A stretch of 64,000 nucleotides of DNA from the NCBI RefSeq assembly GCF_008831285.2, contig NC_045138.2, forward strand, positions 13,082,001 through 13,146,000. The letters are read 5' to 3'. Below, piece after piece: positions 63,920 through 64,000 of the stretch (position 1 is the first letter of the stretch; each line of letters opens with the position of its first letter). The notes beneath the pieces are model-generated. The model made no database searches. It was not told the DNA's origin and saw nothing but the letters and a program-made list of their open reading frames with translations. Both the position numbers and the translations under genes were made by a program. This DNA is from Nymphaea colorata (lineage: Eukaryota).

Positions 63920-64000
63920 GAGAGGTTGTGCCGCCCAGAGGAAGTCGCCAGCAAGTATGCATTGGTCCTTTTGAGAGGTTGTGCCGCCCAGAGGAAGTCG

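Overview
AT-rich, repeat-dense plant (angiosperm) nuclear DNA with no intact protein-coding gene that I can support. The dominant feature is a ~15.9-kb tandem array (10965-26833) of 12 full plus one partial ~1.26-1.28-kb units. Each unit is built from ~63-66-bp monomers with a 23-bp inverted-repeat core, and a 2.5-kb higher-order dimer appears at the 3' end of the array. Gene remnants are: the 3' kinase exons (6274-7453, -) and the lectin/EGF/PAN ectodomain (42840-44369, -) of S-domain receptor-like kinase(s), possibly two halves of one gene 35 kb apart; the last three exons of a PDR/ABCG transporter (29669-31334, +); and a weak NLR-LRR-like trace. The rest is decayed mobile DNA (Copia LTR/PBS/gag-protease, LINE ORF1, LTR-like, CACTA-like and hAT-like pieces), local segmental duplications with template-switch-like junctions, a near-perfect 32-35-bp hairpin, and many short two-copy tandem duplications. 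Everything was read by eye. No alignments or searches were run, and some indels may be long-read consensus errors.
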